A DNA stretch of 64,000 nucleotides from Bugula neritina (GCA_964035545.1 OZ037767.1:7946581-8010580); one strand, 5' to 3'; positions 15,001-26,566 are shown, counted from the first letter of the stretch. Translations and numbers: made by a program. Notes: generated by a model not told the origin, from the letters alone.

Positions 15001-18000
15001 TTTCATGGTTTTATACTATCTTGCTTTGTAATATAAGCATGACTATATTATATACTCACAATTATGGGTGCCATCAGCATTTGTGGGTCTGTTGTGTATT
15101 TCTATTTTACTGACCAACTTTGGTCCTCCATTAAGTTGTATTCTCCACCAAGCATTACTATTCGAACTAGTCCAACAGAAGCTGCTGTAGTCATCATCGT
15201 TTGCTTTTATACTCCAGTGTTGATTATCATATGAGTTGATCTGATCTGCATTTCCTGGCAGGCGGAAACCTAAAATCAACAAAAGTAAATTGATACTAAG
15301 AATTTACTTTTTATTCTCACAATGACATTAATTTGACTATGGCCAAGAGCTTAAAACTTTTTGAATATGCATGCATGAGTAAGCAATAAACTTGACACCA
15401 TATATAATATTTCTATAAATGGTAATTTTAATATAGAAGTATAATTTCATTCATGCTAAATTTTCAAATATAAATTTTAACTATATGAATAAGTATACAA
15501 AACACATATAGTTTTATTACTTATTAAACAAAGTGTATAATTAACTAATATTTTGGACACCACTGTGCCCATTTTCAGAGTTACAATGAAGGATGAAAAT
15601 TCACTCTGAAGATGGGCACAGTATAGTGCCAAAAATATTAGTTAATTACTTTGTTTAATAAAGTAATAAAACCAAATGTTTTAAGTATACTTATTCATAA
15701 TTAAATTGCTAGCTCATAAAGATATATATTTAAATTGTAAATATATTTAATAAGAGCTATAATGTACATACTAAATATGTACTATAATTCTTAATAGATA
15801 AAGCTTCTGAACTTTTCAAATAAAACATCTGAGATTTCATTATCTTGATAAATACTCCCAGAAAATTTATTATGCTCCAGATTGTGCATGATTTATGTGG
15901 AACTAAAACTGTTCATTTAGATTCTAGTATAATGAATAATTACTATAAATATGTACACAAGCATATTGTGCCAGGGAGAAAATCCTGGCTGTTTGTTAAA
16001 ATTTAAATGAAAGATATGATAGCTTTTTGCAGCTTGTTTAGCTATTTGTTAGCTTTTTGCTATGTATTTTTAATGTATTATAGAAGCGTTAGTAGTTCAC
16101 TTGCCAGGAAGACGCTATAAAGAGCTGATGTTTGTAAGTAGAATTATAATTTTAAAACTTTATGTTTTGTTGATGTTATTTGAAGATGACTTATTTATGT
16201 GTTTTTGGGCAGGATGTATAGCCATTTTTTGATATTTTGATAGAGTACAAGACAAAAAGTGAAAAAAAATTCAAAAATTAAAAAATTGTTGCTCCATGCT
16301 TGTTACTAGCCAACTCACTAAGCTAAGTCATTCCTGGCACACATATTATTGTGCACTACAATGGGTTGCAATAGAATTGCATGCCATACTAATAGATATT
16401 TTAAGTACATATAATTATGCACATGCTTGCTAATATTTGAAGAACAAAACTATGTAATAATTTATAGAATAGAAATTGTGACAAAGTATTTAGCTAATCA
16501 ATAAAGAAAACAATAAAAAAACTCAGTTAATAATAGATGATGGCTCATAACTTAAAAAACAAAATGGATTTATTGTAAGGATTTATATAGGAGTTATCTT
16601 TAATGTATCAAAAGGACAACGCTCTTACTACTTCGCTACTATAGTAATATACGTAGCGTCCATCATCTACTCGGCCGCTAGTAATGGCCTACCACGCTAC
16701 TAACATACGCTGTGGGCTATGGGAGGAGCCTAGTAATGTGAGCTGACAGCCACTAGGCTTGGGTAGCTGGCATTCAGACAGTGAATTAGCTAGTAACAGA
16801 TTTTGTGTACTCTGTCTGTGGTTATGTAACTTATTTTCTAAGTATTGTATGGTTTTACTTGGGTATAAATTGTATTAAATAAACATGAGTATAATAGTCT
16901 CTTTAACTTGGCAGTATTGCATTACTTTAAATACCCAAGCAATCAGTTAATGCACAGTTTCATGACATTATTAATGAGTTCTTGCATGTTATTTGTAGCA
17001 ATGCAAAACTAGTCAGGTATATTATTTAACTTTTAGACTAATTGGGGTCAAACATCATCAGTACAAGAAATCTCTAATTATAGAGCTGAAACGATAACGA
17101 GAGTTATCTGCATGCTAGCTTGACTTGTAAGCATATTATCACTTCTATGTTTAATCTTGGCAACAATACTAAACTGGTGCTATTCTAATCACACAGTTGC
17201 GCTGATACTTTATTCAAAATAGTTTCGATTATCAAAACTAAACTAAAAGCATAATTCAGAATTCAGCTCAGAATTCAGACGACATTTTTTAATAATGACA
17301 ATCAGTGTCATAGACAACAACTTCAACGCAGCAACGTTCATTTTCTCCATTTATAATCTTTTATTAGAGTCTCGTTATTTGGTATGAAGAATATTTTACT
17401 CATAAGAAATTAATTTCCACTAAACATCAGGTAACTGTATTTCACAAATCTAGTATAATTATATAGTACTCTCAAACATAAATTATGAGTTTTCTCAGAC
17501 AAACTATTACGAGTGCAGATGTAAATTTTAACACAATTTAGTAGATGATGGATGAGTAACTCTTATACAACATGTGCAGCAAATGGCCAGCAAATTATAA
17601 TACCTAAATATGCACCTGCTCAGGTGGAGTTGATTAATTACTTAAACAGTTAAAAGTCACTCACTATTGGAGACCAGCAATATATAAAAAATACTTGGAT
17701 TTTAAACTAGTTTTACAGTGTGTATAGAATGTATTGAATATAGTGAAAATCAGTCACTTATATTACTACTTTGGAGTTATGTTCTTTGTATAATTATATA
17801 TTCCATATTACATCATTTTGTAACCTGTTTCCTTTTTACCCATAATCCCTCTCTTTTGTTTCCTGTGTCTCCATTAAAATAAACTGCTGAACTATATTGC
17901 TAAACTGAATAATCTATTTACATCTACACAGTTAGTTTAAGGTCATTACTTTCCAGATTCAGGCACTGCTTTATGTTATATATAAACGGTTTCCAGGGGA

Positions 18001-21000
18001 TAGCTCGAACAGTTTTTGTCTCACATTAACAAATTTTACATGAAAAGATAGCTCTTGCATTCCTCTTTCATATACTTTTTTAATTTTTCAATAAAAAATT
18101 TTCTGAGAAAGTTGTTGCATAATAAGTAAAATTTTACACCCTCCATGTTCCACTGCTGTAGCACAGGGGATTCATTTTATAAAGTCTAAAAGTTAAACTT
18201 GACATTCCTTGATATGTTTTCTCTAATATACTTTCTTTGTTTTTTGAAATTCTGTTTATGCTCTTCACAATTTGGTAAAAACATACACCATTTTGCAAGT
18301 TTCACTGCAATTTTCTAAATTCTTCATATGGTGGTTCTAGCTACGCTCCTGTGACTAATTATAACATTCCTAGTACGTTTGCCGCTCTGCGCTATCACAA
18401 TAACATATAGTACCCTCTCGCACAAATTGGCAATCTATTGGATTTCTGCCAATATAATGTTCCCTGTTTTACATTAGCGCTTAGCTGAATCATCTCACTA
18501 TGTTACAATAATATATTGAAAATGCCTCAGCACAACATAATTTTTTGTTTGTTTGGCAGAGTTAATTTCAGCTAAATCACTTCACTTTGCAGTCTTGTCA
18601 GTAAAGGTCTGTCTATAGCGCAGCAGGTGTACTTTCAGTTTCTCTAATTCACATAATTATGATTATTTTAAGTACATTGTATTCTATAAGATCATTTAAG
18701 GTTTAGTCCAGTGTTCAGTATCTAATTATTATGCATGTATGTTGTCTTACTGTTGAACAAAAGTTAAAAAAAAACTTTACAATTATAGCCATATTTATTA
18801 TACATGCGTAGGATTTGCATAAGTTGACAAAAAAAATTGCAACGAAACAGGGTTGAACCATGACCAACCAACTCCTCGCTGACGCCTCTAACCTCTGGAC
18901 CACGCAGTCATCGTTAATAAGACGTGCACTATATGAGTAACTGTCATTACATAAATATTTCGCGCGCAAATGGGTTATAATTATGGTTTATGGTTTATGG
19001 TTAATGGTTTATAATTTATTTTCAGCTGGTAGACAAAAACAGAGTTTTAACTGAACTAAAAAATTTGAATGAAAATAAATCAGAAGGCTTAGACTTGATC
19101 CCAGCGAGGCTAGTTAAACAAAGTGCAACTTACCTTTGTCAGCCTCTCACACATATTATAAACTTGATAATTAAATCAGGTGTCATTCCTAATGAACTGA
19201 AAGTAGCCAAGATTTTGCCATTTTACAAAAATAAAGGTGACAAACTTTTATGTAGTAATTATCGGCCTATCTCAATACTTCCAGTTTACTCGAAAATACT
19301 TGAAAAAATAATCTGCAGGCAATTAAATGAACATTTAAACCTACACAAAATTTTATCGGTTTCTCAATTTGGCTTCCAACAGAAGAAGGGTGCACAAGAC
19401 GCACTGTTTAAGTTTTCAGACCAATCCTTCAAAGCACTAAATGACTCATTAGTAATATTGGGTATTTTCATTGATTTCTCAAAAGCATTCGATACAATCA
19501 ACCACAATATTTTGCTACAGAAACTACGAGATTACAATTTTGATTCTCACTCCATAAGTTTAATCCAAAACTACTTGACCAATCGAACACAGCATGTTAT
19601 AATAGAGAACAGTATATCCAATTCCTTGCATATTACCTGTGGAGTTCCCCAAGGCTCTATCTTGGGCCCTGTGCTCTTTCTGCTGTACATAAATGATTTA
19701 GCTACCCATTGTCCTTTATTTGATACTATTCTGTTTGCCGACGACACAAATCTTTTTTGGAAGAGCAAAGATTTAAATGCTGATATTGGAAATATAAACT
19801 CCTCACTAAATAAAGTTAATAACTGGTGCATTGCAAACAAACTAACTCTAAACTTAACGAAAACAAACTATATCATTGTTAAAAACTACCAAAAGAATTT
19901 TGTACTTAACAGTACCATCCATATTGACAATATACCTCTCTCACCTAGCTCAGAAATAAAATTTTTAGGTGTAGTCATTGACATTAACTTAAACTGGTGT
20001 GCTCATATAAATTCTTTAAGGACTCAGCTCAACAAAGTAACTGGTATGATATACTTAGCTTCAAAGTTTTTACCATACAAAGCTTTGATTTTATTATATA
20101 ACAGTCTGATAAACAGCAAACTTACATATTGCTTAGAAGCCTGGGGAAATGCCCCTAAAACCCATCTGAACAAGTTGCTTTTAATTCAAAAACGCATTAT
20201 TCGCATTATTTTCCACAAATCACCTACTGAACACACGTCACCTCTATTTATCAAAGCAGAAATTCTTCCTATTGATCTCTTGTATATCTACCGCCTATGT
20301 CTTCTTGGTCATTCAGCTTATTATACTCCATCTCACACCAAACAACCACCAACTTACCTCACCAGACATTCTGAACTTTCCTTACCCTTACCTCTCTCCA
20401 CCTCCGCAGCAGGTCATCGTCAAGTGTCCTACCAGATGTCTAGCAATTGGAATAAGCTACCTCTGACTTTAAGACATCATCAAAGCTTTGCCACATTTAA
20501 AATATTGTTGAAAAAGCACCTACTAAATTCTTTAACTTAATCTGAATAAATAGTTCCCACTATTTTTTCAAACTGCCACTTGGGCCCCGTTCCTTGAATA
20601 GCTATGCTACTGAGCACATGGGCCCCCATCTTGACTTCGATTGATATTATATATAAATTGAATTTAGCTCTTTTTTGTGTTACTGTTGTATATTTGTATT
20701 TTTTTGTCCTTTTGTTTTTTTTTGATGGAAATAAAGAAACAAAACAAAACAAATTATTAGGCTGTCAATTCATGTTGATAGCAGTCAACTGTTGCAATAG
20801 TCTCGGGTTACTAGCAAAGCTAATGGTTTTGAACAAATAACCCAAAAGTTTAAAAATAAGTAGCTTGCGTATTACTAGCTACAAAAACAGGTCTGAAATA
20901 GACTGGTAAAGCAAGCTCTTATTGTAGAGTTTGCAGATGTGCTCTAAAATAAAACTTAAACTGTATGCTATTACATAAGTATTTGTATGCGAGAGATAAA

Positions 21001-24000
21001 TGGACATTACTGAGTTTCTGGAAAACAACATACTTGAAGTTAACTTTGACAATGGTGTGTTATTTTCATCATACACTAGCACAGATAGGGCCTATAGCAT
21101 AAATCTCTAATCATATGAATCTTTATGAAGCCCACAGCTCATGTAAGGGTGGCAAATGTAATTTGAAACTAAAAATTATGTTGCTGCATTGTGTCTAAGG
21201 TATATTAGAGAGCAGAATTTGGTTTTACTAGCCTACCCCAACGGCATTCTACAATGCAGCTTATATGCTGGCAGTTGTAATAAGTACTGCCAATAGCAAG
21301 GTTACTATCACTGCTAGCTCTGTGCAGTATGTAACCTCTTGAATAATAGACGATGTAAATTTGGTACATTTAGTACCTTGTACCAACTCTAGAATACTCA
21401 CCACAATAACTTATATAAACTTCTGCAAGTTCAAATGCAAAATGCATACTTTTAGAAAATAGCTGTGCAACTTTTATTACATGCATTATTTTATTTCATA
21501 TCTTAAATTTATGAACCATGAGTTCATTTTTCAAAATGTTTAAATTAAGTGCTCAAAAAATGCAATTAAAATTTTTATTTTTGCACAAATACCCTGGTGC
21601 TGTTTGACCACAACCCCAGCTGTTTTGGCAAACACATTTAATGGTTTTTTTATTGACATAGTGGTGAATGAGCTGGTTGTTTTTAGCAGTTGGGTAGACT
21701 TGAAGCTTGGCAGCTTTTAAACAATTCTGATTGGCAGGATTTTACACGATAAGTTGATGTTTGTATCTGATTGGCCTAATAATGCATTTGCATTTGAAAA
21801 TGTAGAGTTTTATATAAGCTATAATAGTGATATTTTAGAGTTGGTACACACCCCTTTTGGGTTGAGTTTTATAGTCTGTTCCTGTTGTAGTCATCTACAA
21901 CAACAGTGTATAGGGAAATTATTAGTATTACGAAATCTGTTTTGGCTTACTTTGCTATGCCAGTTTTCTGACTTAGTTTGTAATCAACTATGTTGGCAGT
22001 TAAAACTGAGGGTGATTTCATCAAAGGTGGACATTGCTGAGGCCTTAGAACATCAAATCAACCAGTGCTGTTACTTGGTTTTATTGTAAAGCAGTAGTGA
22101 GAGCATAGCACACTATCACAGTCACTGAGCTGCAATGACAGTATGTAAGGCACGTCAAAACACTAGCCTAGTCTCTGTTAGTATGTAGAGCAGTAGCACA
22201 GTTACAGCAGTCACACCACCCCTCTCTATCCTGTCTACCAAGCACAGATGTTGCAATAATAATAATCATTTCATGATTTAGTTTTAAATCAATGCATACT
22301 ACTAAATACATTCTCATTGTCTAATGTAATAAATTATAAAAAAGTTGTTTAACATGCACATTACAAATGCATTAGCCTACGCTAACTATAAATTATTTGC
22401 TTGTGTACCCGTACTATTATTTTATTTTAAATTTGTAAAACAGTAGCTTTTTACTCTGTCACATATTCATCTGCATTGGATTTAAATGCACAGCTATTAG
22501 CAATAGATAATGTAGACATTTTGTATAAAAATGAGTATTAGCATGTAGTGCCTTGCATGTGGGTCTATATTGTTTTGACGTGTCTTACATAAGATAATAT
22601 AATAGAACTGACGAGTTTGGTGTAGCCACTGTCATTGCAGCTCAGTGACTGTGATAGTGTGCTATGCTCTCACTACTGCTTTACAATAAAACCAAGTAAC
22701 AGCACTGGTTGATTTGATGTTCTAAGGCCTCAGCAATGTCCACCTTTGATGAAATCACCCTCAGTTTTAACTGCCAACATAGTTGATTACAAACTAAGTC
22801 AGAAAACTGGCATAGCAAAGTAAGCCAAAACAGATTTCGTAATACTAATAATTTCCCTATACACTGTTGTTGTAGATGACTACAACAGGAACAGACTATA
22901 AAACTCAACCCAAAAGGGGTGTGTACCAACTCTAAAATATCACTATTATAGCTTATATAAAACTCTACATTTTCAAATGCAAATGCATTATTAGGCCAAT
23001 CAGATACAAACATCAACTTATCGTGTAAAATCCTGCCAATCAGAATTGTTTAAAAGCTGCCAAGCTTCAAGTCTACCCAACTGCCAAAAACAACCAGCTC
23101 ATTCACCACTATGTCAAGAAAAAAACCATTAAATGTGTTTGCCAAAACAGCTGGGGTTGTGGTCAAACTGCACCAGGGTATTTGTGCAAGAATAAAAATT
23201 TTAATTGCATTTTTTGAGCACTTAATTTAAACATTTTGAAAAATGAACTCATGGTTCATAAATTTAAGATATGAAATAAAATAATGCATGTAATAAAAGT
23301 TGCACAGCTATTTTCTAAAAGTATGCATTTTGCATTTGAACTTGCAGAAGTTTATATAAGTTATAGTGGTGAGTATTCTAGAGTTGGTACAAGGTACTAA
23401 ATGTACCAAATTTACATCGTCTATTGCGCCAATTTTAAACTCTTGGAAGTTGGCCAAGTTATCATATTGCAGCCAGCCACCGGAGACAAAGCATCAGAGC
23501 TATTCATATAATATTATACTGATGCACTTGGTAGCAGAGTGGCTAATCTAATATAGTTCATAGTTCAACACCCTTTACTTTGGGAATACAGCCTCTCTTT
23601 TTAGGTTTACCTTACAAAGCATGAAAATATCTAAACTGATATTCTGATAATTTAGAGGTACATTTTGAAAACTAGGTTAATTGCACTTGTTTGCACAACA
23701 ACAATAATAAAATAGATATTATGCAGTATAATAAAAACACACATAATACTATATAATATATTATAATGATAATAATATAATATTATTAGTACCATTACTG
23801 CATTTTATAAATCACATGGTTGCCAAAAAAATGTATCACAAATTTTGTAATTATACATCAAAAATAGAACTAGCTAGGCAGCAGGTTAGAATAGAGTAAA
23901 TTTTTAAAACATGAAATCATGATTTGACTATTGTTTTATTTAGGCCAACCAACCTAGGAATACAAGATTGGGTTTTAGCTGACAGTCTATAACATTTAGC

Positions 24001-25463
24001 TTTTGAGCCAGCAGCACTGGCACTTGTGAAGTATAGGCAAAGTTAGTGAACCGAGACTAACGAGCACTCAAATACAAGGCATATTGAGACACAATAACAA
24101 GTCAGGAGCGTATAAATTGAAAAGAATGTGGAAGGGGGACTATGTTTTTCAACAAGCTATAACTTAAACATGAATTGGCTTTTGAAAAAAATAAAAAAGT
24201 ATATTGGAGAACATAAGTTTCTTTATCTTTTCATATTTTTTTTGTTCCTGTGACATTCAACCTGTTCGAGCTATCAGTGAAACATTGTTCATATAGAACA
24301 TAAAGCACCTGGCAAAGAGCCAGAAAATGAAAAGTATGACCTTAAACTAACTGTGTAAGTAAATCAACAGAATGTATATATTACAGATAGGTATATATAT
24401 TGTACATATACGTATATTTCCTATGTATATAACATGTATAAAGCATGTGCAATATATTATATTTAATATATACAATGTATATTATAGTATATAAATACTA
24501 TGTAGTACATGTAGTATATATATACTATATATATGTGTGTATTAGAGTGCGATATGTATGCATTATGTATCAGTTTGATGTATTAGTATATATGACTGGC
24601 ATGACTGAATATAGATGAGCTTCTATTTAATTTTTCAATGCAAGTTAGCAAAACACCTATATATTTTTATTTCTTTCAATTTTTTATAATTATTTTAGTG
24701 CAATTATTAGGAAAACTGTTTGTATTTTTAGGTACCTGTGTTTGTATTTGTGTTTATTTGTGTATATGTGTTAAATTGTATACTTATATGTATGTTTGTG
24801 TGTATATGCGTGTGTGTGGCCTATTGTAAAAGCTTGAAAATTTCATTAATTCTGATGGTTGTGTAAAAAGATAGAAACAATAAACTAATACCTATAACAG
24901 ACGACTATAGTGTAGCCTTTAGACTAGAGATTAGTGAACAAGTAACTTGAAAAACAGATGAATGAGAGTAAAAGATTCAGAATTTAACCCATTGTGCTCC
25001 TCCCATTTTGCCTATAAATAATTATTCAAGAAGCTATAATATATATTTAAAACAATAGTATGCAGCCTAGTATATCATGTTCTCTTCACACATCACATGG
25101 TGAGTATCTCTTGACCCTCCCTTCTTTTAAACAGCAAAAAGTCGTTGTAATCAAACTGTGCAATAAATGTTAGTACTATTGTAACAGCAACAGCTTTTGA
25201 TACGTAAGCACAAAGTAATAGGTTGGAGCCCAACAAAAGCCATCGGTGAAGTTACCTTAGCTCTATTTACCAAAAAAAATTCCATCAAAGGTTTTCTCAC
25301 CAGGATGGCAACTGTAAACTGTATGAGCTTTTATAACAGTGACAGTCTTTTCACAAATAATACAAAATCAAATTTCATGAACTTTACCTTGACACTCAAC
25401 AAAGTGAAGATAACTGATCCATGAGAGAATGATTGAGAATCTCAGTACTAGACTTTTCTTCAT
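1..25463 (-). CDS. Gene A: F-type lectin (FTP/F5-8C-like) x3 / fibronectin type III receptor-like protein, 3' end outside the window
   Basis: Coding exons with GT-AG sites and consistent phase: 25388-25463 (signal peptide MKKSLVLRFSIILSWISYLHFVECQG), 15060-15269, 14574-14810, 13553-13656, 12828-12993, 12039-12260, 11430-11651, 10468-10577, 5001-5163, 3880-4119, 2773-2997, 2307-2419, 1950-2118, 1467-1564, <1-191. F-lectin hallmarks are NIA, (S/T)H..WWRxDL..I..IELxNR and LxLxEVxVY. FN3 hallmarks are W..P...RYE and PYTNVTC.V. Exon sizes match genes B and C. Confidence 0.88.
410..800. mobile_element. Highly decayed copy of the same MITE family, gene A intron 14
   Basis: tttcacaatttagctgccaat..cttttgcc..aaactaa resembles 37070-37140 and 57715-57780. 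Confidence 0.4.
5598..9847 (+). pseudogene. LINE ORF2 (endonuclease-reverse transcriptase), disrupted by a DNA-transposon insertion and one nonsense codon
   Basis: ORFs 5598-5852, 7127-8008 and 8159-9847 join into one frame after removing 5820-7144 (..YKHAV|KVIDPR..) and reading through TAG at 8006-8008 (likely TGG). Confidence 0.88.
5820..7142. mobile_element. Non-autonomous Tc1/mariner-superfamily (pogo-like) DNA transposon, 1.3 kb, nested in the LINE
   Basis: TIRs GGGGTAACGGGG(n)CACAACGG / CCGTTGTGCCCCCGTTACCCC. TA duplication at 5818-5819 and 7143-7144. Internal GGGGCACAATGGGCCA repeats. No transposase ORF. Confidence 0.85.
10671..10896 (-). mobile_element. tRNA-derived SINE, gene A intron 7
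   Basis: A box TGGTCTAGGGG, B box GATTCGAGCC. 11-bp TSD CACTCAAC(A/G)TA at 10660-10670 and 10897-10907. Empty site in gene C at about 54985-55000. Confidence 0.85.
13836..14089. mobile_element. Fully palindromic MITE (ATGTGACCC TIR, AT duplication), gene A intron 3
   Basis: Near-perfect 254-bp hairpin. Empty site in gene C at about 52021-52040 (rc gaaacctttatcatactaag). Confidence 0.85.
15484..15699. repeat. Inverted repeat carrying two degenerate hammerhead-ribozyme cores (Penelope-like remnant)
   Basis: Arms of about 97 bp. Each has CTGAA(G/A)A-TGGGCAC-loop-GTG(T)CC-AAAA. Absent from the homologous gene B intron. Confidence 0.55.
15967..16341. mobile_element. MITE with TGTGCCAGGRA TIRs, gene A intron 1
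   Basis: TIR tgtgccaggga / ttcctggcaca, CATAT on both flanks. Empty site in gene B at about 40135-40155. Confidence 0.6.
16574..16926. mobile_element. Possible solo LTR
   Basis: GC-richer block from TGTAAG to ATTAC with an internal AATAAA, absent from gene B. Ends and TSD are imperfect. Confidence 0.3.
18836..18910 (-). mobile_element. tRNA-like Pol III head (SINE-like fragment)
   Basis: Minus strand: TGGTCCAGAGG (A box), GGTTCAACCC (B box), then a T run. No convincing cloverleaf. Confidence 0.4.
19041..20753 (+). mobile_element. 5'-truncated CR1/L2-group LINE
   Basis: RT ORF, 3'UTR, AATAAA at 20730 and an (ACAAA)n tail. No endonuclease domain. Confidence 0.88.
19065..20540 (+). CDS. Reverse transcriptase (partial LINE ORF2, 491 aa open)
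   Basis: Motifs NYRPISILP, QFGF, FIDFSKAFDTI, GVPQGSILGP, LFADD, KFLG. Confidence 0.85.
   Translation: MNENKSEGLDLIPARLVKQSATYLCQPLTHIINLIIKSGVIPNELKVAKILPFYKNKGDKLLCSNYRPISILPVYSKILEKIICRQLNEHLNLHKILSVSQFGFQQKKGAQDALFKFSDQSFKALNDSLVILGIFIDFSKAFDTINHNILLQKLRDYNFDSHSISLIQNYLTNRTQHVIIENSISNSLHITCGVPQGSILGPVLFLLYINDLATHCPLFDTILFADDTNLFWKSKDLNADIGNINSSLNKVNNWCIANKLTLNLTKTNYIIVKNYQKNFVLNSTIHIDNIPLSPSSEIKFLGVVIDINLNWCAHINSLRTQLNKVTGMIYLASKFLPYKALILLYNSLINSKLTYCLEAWGNAPKTHLNKLLLIQKRIIRIIFHKSPTEHTSPLFIKAEILPIDLLYIYRLCLLGHSAYYTPSHTKQPPTYLTRHSELSLPLPLSTSAAGHRQVSYQMSSNWNKLPLTLRHHQSFATFKILLKKHLLNSLT
21345..23425. repeat. Foldback: 798-bp inverted arms (21345-22142 and 22628-23425) around a ~485-bp spacer
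   Basis: Only about 5-6 mismatches seen between the arms. An inner 21-bp inverted extension lies at 22142-22162 and 22571-22591. It explains the mirrored 111-aa ORFs. Confidence 0.95.
24868..25004. mobile_element. Diverged right-end fragment of the same DNA transposon family
   Basis: Aligns with 7005-7135 (atagaaacaa..tagagatta..agtaacttgaaaaacag..cccattgtgc). Confidence 0.65.
25388..25463 (-). CDS. Gene A exon 1, signal peptide
   Basis: ATG AAG AAA AGT...TGT CAA G|GTAAAG. Basic N-region, hydrophobic core, 76 nt, phase 1, near-identical in all three paralogs. Confidence 0.85.
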
Positions 25464-26100
25464 GTTGAGGTGTAGGCAGGTGTATCTCTGTTAGCTGCTG
25501 AATCACATCTGACATTAATCTATTTGTGTTACTCTGTAAGCTACATAGTTATATCGCTACACAATGCAAATACTATACTTCCTTGTAGCTTTGCATTGTG
25601 TAAGGATATAACAATGTAGTTTACAGGGTGATAAAAATAAATGAATAAGCGCTTGGCATTAACTACATATCAACACTTTGCCACTTATAGATAAATTTTG
25701 GACACTTTTTGTGATCTCAAAAGATGATAACTGTAATAAAATGTCGCTATTGGCTAACGCAAATGCCGAGAAAACATATATACAAAACGGCATTCTTAGG
25801 TTCAACGCTAAAATACCACAGAAGCATTTGATTAGCTAACTATTGTTTTGTAACTGATATGCAGCTGCTTAAATATTGATACAAAACAAACACAACCCAA
25901 TAAAAACTATATATAACCATATAATTATGTACATTGTCAAAGTCAAAAAGGTTGTACTGTGTGTTTGTGTGTTTGTTCGTTTAATCTCTCGTGATTCAAA
26001 GAAGATGCCAATTTTCAGATTCTTTGGTAAATGTTGAATAATGTTGAATTATGTTATAACTATGTTTTCTATAAATTACTATTTGTAAATGTTGCTTACA
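25464..26100 (-). promoter_or_regulatory. Gene A 5'UTR/promoter, homologous to the gene B upstream region
   Basis: Aligns by eye with 42044-42518. The proximal ~140 nt also aligns with 46640-46776 and includes a conserved AGGAAGT (ETS-like) core. Confidence 0.55.
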
Positions 26101-26198
26101 GTTTGTCAATAGATTGATCAGAATATTATGCAGCAATAATATAAGATTATTTACTTTTATACCTATATAAAGCTAAAACTCGTATGCTGAGTCATCAA

Positions 26199-26204
26199 TT
26201 TATT
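26199..26204 (-). terminator. Candidate polyadenylation signal (AATAAA) of gene B
   Basis: AATAAA on the minus strand about 360 nt after the stop and just before the duplicated promoter region of gene A. The AT-rich background makes chance hits common. Confidence 0.35.
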
Positions 26205-26566
26205 ACTGTTAATTTGTTAAAATAATTAGGCTAAAGTATTCATACAATGCTATTCACATGTTAAAAAAGGGTAAAAGTTCATTTCCAAAACAGTGTGATA
26301 AAAACCTCATAAGATTTCCGAAAGACACAACATATTGCCAAACATTTTATCATATAGTCTGTTGGGTGAATAATAAATGTGGCCCTACTCCTCTTCCTAT
26401 TGCACTTTCAAAGATACATATATTATAGAATTATATTATATTATATTATATTATGGAATTCCACATATACTTACTCATGAAAATTGTAAAAAATAGCACA
26501 TATCTCAATATTACATTATAGCTCCTGCCCTTGTTGCTAGAGCTAATGCTGGAGAGAAGAAGAATT

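Larger units (their letters stand above)
17927..24355. mobile_element. Large TIR DNA element (CACAGTTAGTTTAAGGTCAT ends, TA flanks) hosting nested insertions
   Basis: Perfect 20-bp terminal inverted repeat plus imperfect subterminal matches over about 200 bp (ctttatgtt.tatat.aac; atagctcgaacag). Superfamily not determined. Confidence 0.7.

Noticed and set aside
17927-17960. CACAGTT terminus as an RSS heptamer or Transib/RAG-like end
   Set aside because: One mismatch to CACAGTG, no nonamer at 12/23 spacing, no 5-bp TSD. There is no evidence for V(D)J-like rearrangement.
21754-23016. Two identical 111-aa ORFs on opposite strands
   Set aside because: Mirror images inside the foldback arms, non-ATG start, no recognisable domain.
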